From NCBI GenBank assembly GCA_016873735.1, contig VGWD01000003.1, forward strand, positions 36,207 to 100,206: a stretch of DNA of 64,000 nucleotides, given 5' to 3'. Positions 29,822 through 39,896 of the stretch are shown one piece after another. How positions within the stretch are numbered: the first letter of the stretch is position 1; every line of letters starts with the position of its first letter. Below the pieces are notes generated by a model, which was given only the letters and a program-made list of their open reading frames with translations, ran no database searches and had not been told where the DNA came from. This stretch comes from Ignavibacteria bacterium. Lineage in GTDB: Bacteria; Bacteroidota; Ignavibacteria; Kapaibacteriales; UBA961. The position numbers were made by a program, and so were the translations under genes.

Positions 29822-29851
29822 CCAAATATGTAACCCCAAGAAGAGTATTGA

Positions 29852-31030
29852 ATGCAAGATCCTATCAAACGCAATATCACATCCTTGGCTTTGGATGGTG
29901 CTGAATTTCTGGGAATTCTCTCCTCAAAAAAATGGCTGTTAATCATCCTGACAATCAGTTCAGGCATGATTGCTTTCGGAATTTCATGGACTTTACCCAA
30001 TTGGTATGCTTCAACGGTAACCTTCGTTCCCCCAAACAATGCTAATTCGATGATAAGCGGGATGATGGGTAATGTATCAAGTGCATTGAAAGATCTGGGT
30101 TTGGGCAAAATGAATAAAGGAGAATCTTATTCATATATGGTCGTTCTGAATTCTCGGAGTTTGATGGACACCCTGATAAACAAATACAATCTATCTGCCG
30201 AATATGAAATTCCGAAAGAAGACAAAGAGGAATTATACAAAGAATTTTTGTCTAATTATGAAGTTGAATTGTCACCGGAAGGAAATTATAATGTAACGGT
30301 GCTTTCAAAGGATAAAGAAAATGCAGCGAAGATGGCAAATGATGTTGTGACAATCGCCAATAATATCTCCCTACGCCTTCAAAAAGCAGAAGCTGAAACC
30401 AATAGAGCATATATGGATTTGCGTCTCAAAAGAACTGATTCAATACTGAATTCCATTGCTCAGGAACTTGGTAGATTTTCATCGCAGAGTTTGGTTTTTT
30501 CTCCGCTTGATCAAGCACAAGCAGTTTCTCAAGCATTGGCTACATTGAAAGCATCTGCATTAAAACAAGAAATTCAAGTTGAGATTCTTAAAAACACCTA
30601 TGGTGATAAAGACCCCTCAACCATTGCAGGTGAGAAACTTCTCAGTGAAATGCGTCAACAGGTATATAAGGCTGAGAATAAACCTGGTTTTGCAGGTGAC
30701 TTTGCTTTAAGAGACGGTCTCAAAGTCGGTGCAAAATACATGAAACTATACACTGAATATGAAGCAATGTCCAAAGTAAAGGCATTCCTTATGCCAATGT
30801 TGGAGCAAGCAAAATTGGATGAAATACGTGAAGCTCCAATGATGTATGTTCTGGATTATGCCAAACCGGCTTTCAAAAAATCACGACCTAAACGTTTGAC
30901 AATTGCTGCCGGTACATCAATAGGTGTATTTGTGCTATCTTGCTTATATTTCATCATTGCAACTCAATTCAGAAAAGCAGTAACTATTCACTCACGTAGA
31001 ACAACAACAGAAAATGGAGACCTCGCATAA
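29852..31030 (+). CDS. polysaccharide chain-length determinant protein (Wzz/PCP family)
   Basis: N-terminal TM helix and Wzz-type segment LPNWYASTVTFVPP, a long coiled-coil periplasmic region, and a C-terminal TM helix (IGVFVLSCLYFIIA). Confidence 0.7.
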   Translation: MQDPIKRNITSLALDGAEFLGILSSKKWLLIILTISSGMIAFGISWTLPNWYASTVTFVPPNNANSMISGMMGNVSSALKDLGLGKMNKGESYSYMVVLNSRSLMDTLINKYNLSAEYEIPKEDKEELYKEFLSNYEVELSPEGNYNVTVLSKDKENAAKMANDVVTIANNISLRLQKAEAETNRAYMDLRLKRTDSILNSIAQELGRFSSQSLVFSPLDQAQAVSQALATLKASALKQEIQVEILKNTYGDKDPSTIAGEKLLSEMRQQVYKAENKPGFAGDFALRDGLKVGAKYMKLYTEYEAMSKVKAFLMPMLEQAKLDEIREAPMMYVLDYAKPAFKKSRPKRLTIAAGTSIGVFVLSCLYFIIATQFRKAVTIHSRRTTTENGDLA

Positions 31031-31995
31031 TGAGCGTATCCTCCAAGTTGCCAAGCTTCAGAGATGAAAATGGTTCACTTATCATGGGTATAGTTCGTTC
31101 ATTGGAATATGAACATCTAAGCCCATTTCTCAATACATTGCAAGCCACAGGATATTCCGGGGGTTTAGTCTTTTTCTGCGATGATATCAGTTCACCGACA
31201 TGCTCTGCATTTTCGTTTATGGGGATTCACTTACGTGATTTCAAAGAAGTGCGCATTTCGATTCCCTTTCTGAATAAAAAAGTCAATGCATATAGGATAT
31301 TCAGTCCTGTGCAAAAAATTTGGTTTTATGTCGCTTCAGAGGATTCAAAAAGACAATTCGCATCAAATGCATTTCATATTCATCAATCACGACATTTTCT
31401 TTATACCGATTATTTAGAGAAAAATCATTCTTATTCAAGAGTGATGTTGAGTGATACAAGAGATGTCGTTTTTCAAAGAGACCCATTCGACTTTACAATC
31501 AATGATTCATTATGCTGTTTTCTTGAGGACCCTTCAGTAACGATAGCTAATGAAGTTCATAATGCTGGATGGATCCGAAGAGGTTTTGGTCAAGATATAT
31601 TGAATGCTATTGGCAATTATCCCATTTCCTGCGCGGGAATCACCATGGGAAGTGCTGATGCTGTACTGGAATATACTCAGCGCATGTGTAGTATTCTTCT
31701 TACGCCAAGAATAAGATCTATTGCAGGAATAACTGGTTTGGATCAAGGAATACACAATTATGCAATTCGCATGAATGATTTTGGGGAGAGATTGCATCTG
31801 TTTGAGAACATGCATGGTCCCGTCATGACTATGGGGCTCATGAAACAAGAACTACGAAATATTGACCCAGATTCCGGCTTATTACTCAATTCAGATGGAT
31901 CAATATGTAATACCATTCATCAATATGATCGTCATCCCGATCTTTTGCATAATTTACCCAATAGGATTATTCAAGCACATTCCAATGGGCTATGA
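31030..31995 (+). CDS. hypothetical protein (possibly a sugar/nucleotide-transferase-like enzyme) embedded between Wzz and Wzx
   Basis: No motif I can name with confidence. It has an ATGA overlap with the Wzz stop and is followed immediately by the flippase gene. D-x-R / acidic clusters (LSDTRDVVFQRDPFDF) loosely resemble transferase folds. Confidence 0.45.
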   Translation: MSVSSKLPSFRDENGSLIMGIVRSLEYEHLSPFLNTLQATGYSGGLVFFCDDISSPTCSAFSFMGIHLRDFKEVRISIPFLNKKVNAYRIFSPVQKIWFYVASEDSKRQFASNAFHIHQSRHFLYTDYLEKNHSYSRVMLSDTRDVVFQRDPFDFTINDSLCCFLEDPSVTIANEVHNAGWIRRGFGQDILNAIGNYPISCAGITMGSADAVLEYTQRMCSILLTPRIRSIAGITGLDQGIHNYAIRMNDFGERLHLFENMHGPVMTMGLMKQELRNIDPDSGLLLNSDGSICNTIHQYDRHPDLLHNLPNRIIQAHSNGL

Positions 31996-33276
31996 ATGCG
32001 CAGCATAGTACATTCCGTGATAAAAGTCATCAGAGATGATCATGCGAGTGTCATGAAAAATTTTTTTTCATTGACATTCCTGAAAGGCTTGGAATATCTT
32101 GTCCCTCTTATTCTCGTTCCCTATCTCGTGCGCACTTTGGGCCTTGAACGCTATGGCATAGTTCAGACTGCTGTCTCCTTCATGTATATCTTCTTGGTGA
32201 TCACCAATTTTGGTTTCAATTATTCTGCTGCAAGGGAAATATCCATCAACAGAGATAATCCTGAAAAAGCTTCGCGAATTGCAGGTGCAATCATTGCCCT
32301 GAAATCATTATTGATGTGTTTGTCATTTATCATTATGCTCTTCATGGCAATTTCTTTGCCTTCATTGAATAGCGAATTGGGTCTGGTCATTATTACTTTT
32401 GGCTTTATCATTGGTGATGTTCTCTTTCCTGTATGGTTATATCAGGGATATGAAATGATGTATTACTTGTCAAGATTTCAAATCATTTCCAGAATCATCT
32501 TGTTCATTGGAGTGCTTTCCCTTGTAAATAAACCTGAAGACTATTTGCTCTATCCTTCACTGTATTATGGCACTCAAGTGATAATGGCTATCTCGACATT
32601 GGGATTTGCACATCGTTTGCTTGGAGTGAAGGTGAGAATGCCATCACTGGCCATCATGAAAGAGCAATTTAGATTGGGAATTCGCCCTTTTTTGTCTTCA
32701 GTAGCACAAGTTTTGTATACCCAACCACGTGTATTCTATGTTTCGTTGATTAGTACAAAGCTCATAACTGGGACTTATGCAATTGCTGATAAAGCAGCAG
32801 GAGTATTTCAATTGTTTCCGGTATGGCTCTTTGTTATATCTGCTTTGCCAAAATTGTCATATATGTTCGAACATGATCGGGAGGAATGTCTTCAAACACT
32901 ACGGACATATCAGCAATGGACTGTGATCTATGCACTAATAAGTACGCCAATCATTGTATTGTCTGCACCGTGGATCATTTTTGTCATTTCCGGTGAATAC
33001 AATGATCAGGCTGCAATGTACTTTAGATTATTATGTATTGAAACATTCATATTAACCTTAAATATCTTTCTCATACATTACTTTCCCATAGCTGGAAAAT
33101 TCGGTGTATTTGCCAAGATTTATGGTATTACATGTTTGATAACACTCGGATTGTTTTTTTTCTTGTCCCAGGCATTCGGAGTTTTGGGTTTGATTTGGGG
33201 TATCATAGCTTCATCCCTATTATTGCTTATTCTCACAATCTATTTTAGAAAAAAAGAAATAATGGCAAGTCTATGA
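31996..33276 (+). CDS. oligosaccharide flippase of the MOP superfamily (Wzx-like)
   Basis: Classic Wzx N-terminus (KNFFSLTFLKGLEYLVPLILVPYLVRTLGLERYGIV) and about 12 TM helices. The true start is possibly at 32053 (MKNFFSL). Confidence 0.75.
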   Translation: MRSIVHSVIKVIRDDHASVMKNFFSLTFLKGLEYLVPLILVPYLVRTLGLERYGIVQTAVSFMYIFLVITNFGFNYSAAREISINRDNPEKASRIAGAIIALKSLLMCLSFIIMLFMAISLPSLNSELGLVIITFGFIIGDVLFPVWLYQGYEMMYYLSRFQIISRIILFIGVLSLVNKPEDYLLYPSLYYGTQVIMAISTLGFAHRLLGVKVRMPSLAIMKEQFRLGIRPFLSSVAQVLYTQPRVFYVSLISTKLITGTYAIADKAAGVFQLFPVWLFVISALPKLSYMFEHDREECLQTLRTYQQWTVIYALISTPIIVLSAPWIIFVISGEYNDQAAMYFRLLCIETFILTLNIFLIHYFPIAGKFGVFAKIYGITCLITLGLFFFLSQAFGVLGLIWGIIASSLLLLILTIYFRKKEIMASL

Positions 33277-33323
33277 ATTGTACAGCTCATGCAGTCGATT
33301 TTCTGTAATTTGGACAAATATGA

Positions 33324-35201
33324 TTGGTTATGACGATGAATCTACACAATGAATCCATAAATATTGGTGGTAAAGATCGTATCCTCGTTTTACGAGTGAT
33401 AGTATTGGCTGTTTTAACCATCTATGTGGGTAGATTAGCATACTTGCAAATCATTCAGGGAAATGTCTATCGTCTAAAAGCTGAAACCCAAGCTATCAAG
33501 GAAGTGACGGTTGATCCATTCAGAGGGAATATATTCGATCGTAATGGGGAGAGAATGGTGCATAATTCCCCTTCTTTTTCAATTTCGATAACTCCAAATG
33601 AGTTCGAAGACTCTTCCATTCCTCTTTTGGCTTCAATTTTACAACTGAAACAAGATGAGATAAAACAATTCGTTGAGGATTCAAAGAAGATATCAAGAGT
33701 AAAGCCGAATAAGATTTATCGCGATGCCGATTGGTCCATCATTTCACTCATTGAAGAAAATCATGAGTTTCTTCCAGGAGTGGACATATCCGTTGAATCA
33801 AAACGATTGTATACGATTCAGGGAAATATGTCTCATATTTTGGGATATTCCAGAGAAATCAACAAGCGACAAATACAAACCATGGGTGACTATTATGCAC
33901 CCGGTGATATCGTTGGCTATGCTGGCCTAGAAAAGACATATGAAAACTTCTTACGTGGAACAAAAGGAGTCCAGTTTGTTGCGGTGAATTCAACAGGTCA
34001 GAAAGTATCTAGTTTTCAAGAAGGAAAAAACGACATACAAGCAGAAGAGGGATTTGATCTACGGTTGGGTATAGATAAACCACTTCAGGAATTGTCTGAA
34101 AAGCTTCTCAAAGGGAAAAGAGGCGGAATAGTTGCTTTGGATCCTAATACTGGCGAGATAATGGCATTAGTGAGTATGCCGGACTATGATATTCGAGAAT
34201 TTAGTGGGCGTACAAAAAGCAATTTATTTTCCAGATTATTGAAAGATGAAGGTAAGCCTCTTTTCAATCGTGCAACTCAAACAATATATCCCCCGGGTTC
34301 CACTTGGAAATTGCTCATGGGTATTGCAGCATTGAAAGAAGGAATCATCACACCCGAAAAGACAATTTATTGCTCAGGTTCTTATGAATTCGGTAGCCGT
34401 TCCTGGAAATGCCATGGTTCTCATGGTGCCACCAATTTGCAAAAAGCAATCCATGTTTCTTGCAATGTGTTTTTCAATAAGATCGGTCCTCAATTAGGAA
34501 TCATCAATTTTGAGAAATATGGTAGAGACTTTGGCTTTGGTCAAAAGACATTTGTTGATATCCCCGAAGATTCAAAAGGCAAGCTACCCGGAGAGAAATT
34601 TTATAAAAAACAGAATCTCTCAGCCGGTGAGATTCGAGGCCGTTTGGTAAATCTTGGTATCGGGCAAGGTGAGATTGGTGTTTCCCCGCTTCAAATGGCT
34701 GTGTATTGTGCATCACTCGCAAATAAGGGCATCATTCATCAACCGCATATTGTTCGTTCAATCTATAATCGTAAAACCAAACAATTACAAGATGTAGCAT
34801 ATGCGAGCAGGAAAGCTATAACCATGTCAGATGATTATTGGAATGTCATTCACAGAGGTATGTATGATGTTGTGAATACCGGTGGTGGTACTGCTTTGTC
34901 GGCCAAAGTTCCAGGAATAGCTGTTTGTGGTAAGACCGGCACTGCACAAAATCCTCATGGCGAAGATCATGCTTGGTTCATCGCTTTTGCTCCCAGAGAA
35001 AATCCAAGAATAGCTCTTTGTGTTCTCGTTGAAAATGCTGGTTTTGGTGGTACGGTGGCTGCGCCAATTGCGCAACGCTTACTCACCAAATTTTTCTATC
35101 CCTCATCCAAAGAGTCCGGTGATTCAATATTGCTTGATACAGCTATGAAGCCAAACAAAAAGCCAAATACTTCCAATCGACCGATGACGGCAAAAGATTA
35201 A
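33324..35201 (+). CDS. mrdA: penicillin-binding protein 2 (class B transpeptidase, MrdA-like)
   Basis: N-terminal TM helix, a PBP dimerisation-domain style N-half (FRGNIFDRNGE), and the three transpeptidase motifs: SxxK in GSTWKLL, SxN in HVSCNVFF, and KTG(T) in GKTGTAQ. Confidence 0.8.
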   Translation: MVMTMNLHNESINIGGKDRILVLRVIVLAVLTIYVGRLAYLQIIQGNVYRLKAETQAIKEVTVDPFRGNIFDRNGERMVHNSPSFSISITPNEFEDSSIPLLASILQLKQDEIKQFVEDSKKISRVKPNKIYRDADWSIISLIEENHEFLPGVDISVESKRLYTIQGNMSHILGYSREINKRQIQTMGDYYAPGDIVGYAGLEKTYENFLRGTKGVQFVAVNSTGQKVSSFQEGKNDIQAEEGFDLRLGIDKPLQELSEKLLKGKRGGIVALDPNTGEIMALVSMPDYDIREFSGRTKSNLFSRLLKDEGKPLFNRATQTIYPPGSTWKLLMGIAALKEGIITPEKTIYCSGSYEFGSRSWKCHGSHGATNLQKAIHVSCNVFFNKIGPQLGIINFEKYGRDFGFGQKTFVDIPEDSKGKLPGEKFYKKQNLSAGEIRGRLVNLGIGQGEIGVSPLQMAVYCASLANKGIIHQPHIVRSIYNRKTKQLQDVAYASRKAITMSDDYWNVIHRGMYDVVNTGGGTALSAKVPGIAVCGKTGTAQNPHGEDHAWFIAFAPRENPRIALCVLVENAGFGGTVAAPIAQRLLTKFFYPSSKESGDSILLDTAMKPNKKPNTSNRPMTAKD

Positions 35202-35204
35202 GTC

Positions 35205-36386
35205 ATGTTTCGAAAGATTACCATTCTTGCTTTTCTCTCTTTTCTTTGTTTGGGCTGCGGAAATCACTCGCAAACCTCAATCACACTGCAATTTTTGCAT
35301 TTCTGGACTGAACCTACACAACAAGCACTCATTGATTCGCTTGTAACTGCTTTTGAACAACGATATCCACAAATCAAGATTGAGCAGATTCCGGTTCAGT
35401 GGAGCGAAGGTCGAACCAAGCTTCTCTTGTCTCATTCTTCGGGTAATCCACCAGACATTACTCATTTAGGTATAGAATGGGCTCAAGAATTCATTGACAA
35501 TAATGTTTTTGCTCGCATTTCATTGGATAAAAAAAGAATTCCCCAGCAGTTTATTCTCCCAATTACAGGGAATGAAGGCAAACTGTATTGCAAACCTTGG
35601 ACAATGAACACTAGAGCATTGATATTCTGTCACAATCTCTCAACACTCGATACCATTGATTTGGGCTGGGATGATATTATTAAAAGATTGAATGCATCTA
35701 CCATTATCGGTATTAATTCAGCTGAACCACATAATGTATCAAAAAAGATATTGCCAATTATTTGGTCAACAGGTAGTACTTTGTTTCAAACATTACCTTT
35801 AAGTGCCACATGTGATAGTCAGTTGATTGAAGGATTACACTTAGTACGCAAATTGACCAAACATGCCAGAATTGAACAATCAAGAAAGCTTGATGACTAT
35901 GTTGTAAATGGCACAATTCAGGCAGTCATTACCGGTCAGTGGATTCTTCCAAGACTAACCAATATTCCTCATCTTATTGTATCCTCAATTCCCGGAAAGA
36001 GCGGAGCATCCATATTAAGTGGAGATTGTCTTGGAGTATCAGCATCTTCTCGATATCCGGAAGAAGCAGCATTGTTTGTTACTTTCATTACTGACTATGA
36101 CAAAGTCAAGAATATGTGCATGACATTGAAGGATATTGGATTGCCTGCCGATTTGCAATCATGGACTGACATAGATTTTCAAGCTAACCGAGATATTGCG
36201 CAGTTTACAAAACAAACAAGAATATCAAAGATCTTACCTTCTCCTCCATATTTTCTTGATGCTGAACGCATACTTGAAGAACAACTCATGCTATTCATTT
36301 ATGGTAAAGCGAATGAATATGAATTACTCAATTCATTGAAAAGTCAACTTCTAACATTGGAGAAAAGTCAAAAAAAAGGGTCGTAA
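35205..36386 (+). CDS. extracellular solute-binding lipoprotein (ABC-transporter SBP family 1-like), orphan
   Basis: Lipobox LCLGCG. Periplasmic-binding-protein-like pattern (WTEPTQQALIDSLVTAFEQRYPQIKIE...), about 390 aa. No adjacent permease or ATPase genes. Confidence 0.65.
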   Translation: MFRKITILAFLSFLCLGCGNHSQTSITLQFLHFWTEPTQQALIDSLVTAFEQRYPQIKIEQIPVQWSEGRTKLLLSHSSGNPPDITHLGIEWAQEFIDNNVFARISLDKKRIPQQFILPITGNEGKLYCKPWTMNTRALIFCHNLSTLDTIDLGWDDIIKRLNASTIIGINSAEPHNVSKKILPIIWSTGSTLFQTLPLSATCDSQLIEGLHLVRKLTKHARIEQSRKLDDYVVNGTIQAVITGQWILPRLTNIPHLIVSSIPGKSGASILSGDCLGVSASSRYPEEAALFVTFITDYDKVKNMCMTLKDIGLPADLQSWTDIDFQANRDIAQFTKQTRISKILPSPPYFLDAERILEEQLMLFIYGKANEYELLNSLKSQLLTLEKSQKKGS

Positions 36387-36405
36387 ACGACCCTGTGTGT
36401 TATTT
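36371..36405. terminator. bidirectional intrinsic terminator between convergent genes
   Basis: A8 run, then a perfect hairpin GGGTCG-taaa-CGACCC (36378-36393), then the T-rich tail tgtgtgttatttctt. The TAA stop of the upstream + gene (36384-36386) sits in the hairpin loop. Confidence 0.6.
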
Positions 36406-36780
36406 CTTCGGTTGAGCCGATGCTATGATTGCATCCGTAAACCGCTTGTATCTATCAGCAACCGCTCCTGTCAAAGGTGCCCTTTGTAGAAATGCCAACA
36501 AATTCTGGGCTTGATTGATGGTGAACTCCAATGTTGTTGATTCTTCCAGTTTCTTGTTTTCCTTCTCCGCTTTTTGTAATTGAATGATCATGATGGAGCG
36601 GACTTCCATCAATGCATCAACCTCACTCCCTCGCAATTCGATATTCTTTAATAACTGTAAACAAAAATCAATTTCAGAATATTGAATGACCGGTTTCAAT
36701 ATTTGTTGATTTTGTTGTTGTGCAAACAAGGTTGTAGCACCAATGATCGAAATGCAAATTAATGCAATAATGTTTTTCAT
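36400..36780 (-). CDS. small secreted hypothetical protein
   Basis: Signal peptide MKNIIALICISIIGATTLFAQ (ATG at 36780), then a helical, charged region. No recognised motif. Confidence 0.5.
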   Translation of the reverse strand: MKNIIALICISIIGATTLFAQQQNQQILKPVIQYSEIDFCLQLLKNIELRGSEVDALMEVRSIMIIQLQKAEKENKKLEESTTLEFTINQAQNLLAFLQRAPLTGAVADRYKRFTDAIIASAQPKK

Positions 36781-36796
36781 GAATGTGATCCTGTAA

Positions 36797-37738
36797 TTAT
36801 AAAGAAGCATGTAATGTTAATCTGTGAATAGAACCTGCTGTTCCAAGTGCGGAAACACCATAATCTATATTGACATATTCAGTTCTAACTCCGACGCCAG
36901 CTGAAAATCCTGAAAAGCGTCTTTGTCCTTGAATGCTAGTTGCGTCTCTTACATAATTGTCATAACCAAGTCTCATATCCAAAACCTTACTGAGTATAAA
37001 CTCACCACCAATACTAAAATTCCCTATTCTGTCAAAGAATGCATCGGCATCATCAGCAAGATGATGCAGTGAAAAGTTTAATAAGAGCGGAAGACCTCTC
37101 AAACGATGATTGATCCCTAAACGTATATCTACGGGTAATTCATCTGTAATATCGGTGAAAGTTGAAAGTTGAGTTCCGATATTCAGAATTGAAAAACCGA
37201 CATTTGTTCTCGTTGCAGGAATTCTATACAGTAACCCGGCATCTAAAGCAATCGCTGATGATGAAAGATCATCCAATGTTGCATAGAGTAATTTAGCATT
37301 GCAGCCATAACTTAATGTTGAGTCTAATTCATTGGAATAAGACCCCATTAATGCAACATTATTTGCGGAGAATGTTCCAAGTATTGTTCCAAATTCATCT
37401 GTTCTGTCAAAAGACCCATATGTCGTGTACATGGCACTAATTGCAAAACGCTCAGATGATTGTTTGTCGAATGGCAGTGTGTATACTGCTTGCCCGGAAC
37501 TTATGTCTAAAACATGTCTCATGAATGTTGCGGAAACAGAAGACTTTTCAACCGTTGAAAGTGCGCCCGGATTAAAGAAAACAGTTGTTTGATCATTGAT
37601 AATACTAGTAAAAGCTCCACCCAAAGCTGCCGAACGTGCACTTATGGATAATTGTACGAAATCAAATGGAGACTGCGCTTTAATCACATTAACTGTTATT
37701 GAAGCAAGGAGCAGTACTATAAACAAGGCCTTTTTCAT
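36797..37738 (-). CDS. outer-membrane beta-barrel protein of the PorQ/PorV (FadL-like) family, putative T9SS-associated
   Basis: Signal peptide, then the family-typical N-terminal SARSAALGGAFTS...NPGAL motif. It has an alternating-hydrophobic beta-strand pattern through to a C-terminal aromatic-rich strand. Its size (313 aa) is closer to PorQ than to PorV. Confidence 0.5.
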   Translation of the reverse strand: MKKALFIVLLLASITVNVIKAQSPFDFVQLSISARSAALGGAFTSIINDQTTVFFNPGALSTVEKSSVSATFMRHVLDISSGQAVYTLPFDKQSSERFAISAMYTTYGSFDRTDEFGTILGTFSANNVALMGSYSNELDSTLSYGCNAKLLYATLDDLSSSAIALDAGLLYRIPATRTNVGFSILNIGTQLSTFTDITDELPVDIRLGINHRLRGLPLLLNFSLHHLADDADAFFDRIGNFSIGGEFILSKVLDMRLGYDNYVRDATSIQGQRRFSGFSAGVGVRTEYVNIDYGVSALGTAGSIHRLTLHASL

Positions 37739-38175
37739 AAACGGATTTCCTTGTATATGGAATGTTCAGGTTCGCTTGATTCCCAGATTTCCATGAAGAA
37801 TGCCGGTGGTCGTATAGGTTTTCCTGTTTTGATGCCTATAAACGGATGAATTGTATAACCTGTTGTCAGCAATGTTGTGCCTCTTGTAATCTCATATGCA
37901 ATATGCAATAATAATCTCTTTTTCAGAGTACAGATAGCTAGTATGTCAAGAATCTCATCATATTGAGCAGGTGCTTTATAATCAATATGAGCTTCCATAA
38001 CAGGGAATTGTATTCCCTGTTCTTCAAGTTTTGCATAGGGCAAGCCCATTGATCGCAATAACTCGGTTCTTCCTATCTCGAAATAGGTGAGATAATTTCC
38101 ATTATACACTATACCCATTTTGTCGGTATCGGCATATCGAACGCGAATTGACGATATATGTGTATGCTTTTTCAT
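37735..38175 (-). CDS. acyl-CoA thioesterase, hotdog fold (YbgC/4HBT family)
   Basis: N-terminal IRVRYADTDKMGIVYNGNYLTYFEIGR matches the 4HBT thioesterase signature region with the catalytic Asp. Confidence 0.75.
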   Translation of the reverse strand: MKKHTHISSIRVRYADTDKMGIVYNGNYLTYFEIGRTELLRSMGLPYAKLEEQGIQFPVMEAHIDYKAPAQYDEILDILAICTLKKRLLLHIAYEITRGTTLLTTGYTIHPFIGIKTGKPIRPPAFFMEIWESSEPEHSIYKEIRL

Positions 38176-38182
38176 CCAAGTA

Positions 38183-39100
38183 TCATTGCTTATTGATGAT
38201 TAATTCAATAACTCTTTGCAAATCATCCAAAGAAAAGAATGTAATTTCAACTTTTCCAGTTTCATGATCTTTTAAATGAATAGAAACCTGCGTTGTAAAA
38301 TATTCTCTAAGTGCATCTTCCAAGGCCAATAGATCATTGTTTAAAGGTTGTCTGGTACTCGCGCTTTGGTTTGTTTTCTTTGCAGTTCTTTTCGCATTCT
38401 TTTTCGTCCCCCCCATCAATTCACGTATGATATCTTCAGTTTGACGAACAGATAATTGTTCAACAATGATTCTTTGAGCAATCAAACGTTGATTATCTGG
38501 CGATTGTAGCGACAATAAAGCACGAGCATGCCCATTTGACAATTCCTTCATAGCCACATGTTGTTGTATTTCAGAGGGTAGTTTCAGCAGTCTAAGAAAA
38601 TTTGCGACAGTCGCTCTATCCTTCCCTACTTTTGCTGCCACTTCTTCTTGTGTGAGTTTGCACTGATCTATCAATAGTTGATAGCCCATTGCCACTTCAA
38701 TGTCATTTAAGTTTTCTCTTTGAACATTTTCAATGATTGCAAGTTCGATCATTGCTTCATTTGAATCAACATCCATGATGAATGCAGGTATTTGCTCCAA
38801 ACCAACTTCTATGGAAGCGCGAATTCTTCTTTCACCGGAGATAAGTTCATATGTATTTCCAATGGACTTTCGCACTGTTATTGGTTGAATCACACCATGG
38901 AGCTTGATTGAATCGACCAATTCTTCCATTGCTGCCTGATCAAATATGACTCTGGGTTGAAAAGGATTTGTCTTGATTTTGGTTATATCAATCAAACCAA
39001 TGCGATTCTCATCTTGATGTTCGGTGTTCTTTTGTGGAGTACCTTGATTCCCAGGGATGAGGGCACCAAGCCCTTTGCCAAGGCCTAATGGAGATTTCAT
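38183..39100 (-). CDS. parB: chromosome partitioning protein ParB (Spo0J)
   Basis: GLGKGLGALI N-terminal motif, ParB box (GERRIRAS / ISGERR), and a helix-turn-helix region. Confidence 0.85.
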   Translation of the reverse strand: MKSPLGLGKGLGALIPGNQGTPQKNTEHQDENRIGLIDITKIKTNPFQPRVIFDQAAMEELVDSIKLHGVIQPITVRKSIGNTYELISGERRIRASIEVGLEQIPAFIMDVDSNEAMIELAIIENVQRENLNDIEVAMGYQLLIDQCKLTQEEVAAKVGKDRATVANFLRLLKLPSEIQQHVAMKELSNGHARALLSLQSPDNQRLIAQRIIVEQLSVRQTEDIIRELMGGTKKNAKRTAKKTNQSASTRQPLNNDLLALEDALREYFTTQVSIHLKDHETGKVEITFFSLDDLQRVIELIINKQ

Positions 39101-39888
39101 TATTCACTCCCTTTTGCAATGTGAGTTGTATTGTTTTGTATGATTTCCATAGCTAAATCAAGATAGTTTCTAGAGCCGGTGCTTAATGCATCATAAAGCA
39201 CAATTGGTTTTCCATGACTGGGTGATTCAGACAATCGAACATTGCGTTGTATGACAGTTTTCATCACTTTATCTTCAAAGTGTTTGCGAACTTCGATCTC
39301 AACTTGTTGGGAAAGCCGCAGTCTACCATCAAACATTGTGAGTAATACACCTTCAATCTCAAGATAAGGATTAAGATGATTGCGAACAATTGAGATCGTG
39401 TTTAACAATTGACCCAATCCTTCAAGTGCATAGTATTCACATTGAACAGGTATCAGAACCGAATGAGCAGCCGTTAATCCATTTAAAGTAAGAATTCCTA
39501 GTGATGGAGGACAATCGAACAATATGAAATCAAATGTATCAAGTATTGGTTGCAATGCTTTTTTGAGAACAAACTCGCGATCTTGCATTTCAATCATCTC
39601 TATCTCAGCGCCTACTAAATTTATATGCGATGGAAGAATTGATAAATTCGGCATCACTGTTGGAAGGATTGCATCGTGAATCGAAGTATTCCCAATAAGT
39701 ACTTCATAGACAGTGATATCCAAACTTTTGGTGTCAATGCCGAGTCCATTTGAGGCATTTGCTTGAGGATCTATGTCTATAAGCAACACTTTCTTTTCAG
39801 CAGCTGCAAGTGAAGCCGAGATATTGACTGCGGAAGTTGTTTTTCCAACTCCACCCTTTTGATTTGCTATTGCAATGATTTTCGCCAT
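39100..39888 (-). CDS. parA: chromosome partitioning ATPase ParA (Soj)
   Basis: Deviant Walker A KGGVGKTT in [17 protein letters not shown]. Overlaps parB in ATGA fashion. Confidence 0.85.
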   Translation of the reverse strand: MAKIIAIANQKGGVGKTTSAVNISASLAAAEKKVLLIDIDPQANASNGLGIDTKSLDITVYEVLIGNTSIHDAILPTVMPNLSILPSHINLVGAEIEMIEMQDREFVLKKALQPILDTFDFILFDCPPSLGILTLNGLTAAHSVLIPVQCEYYALEGLGQLLNTISIVRNHLNPYLEIEGVLLTMFDGRLRLSQQVEIEVRKHFEDKVMKTVIQRNVRLSESPSHGKPIVLYDALSTGSRNYLDLAMEIIQNNTTHIAKGSE

Positions 39889-39896
39889 TCGCTGTA

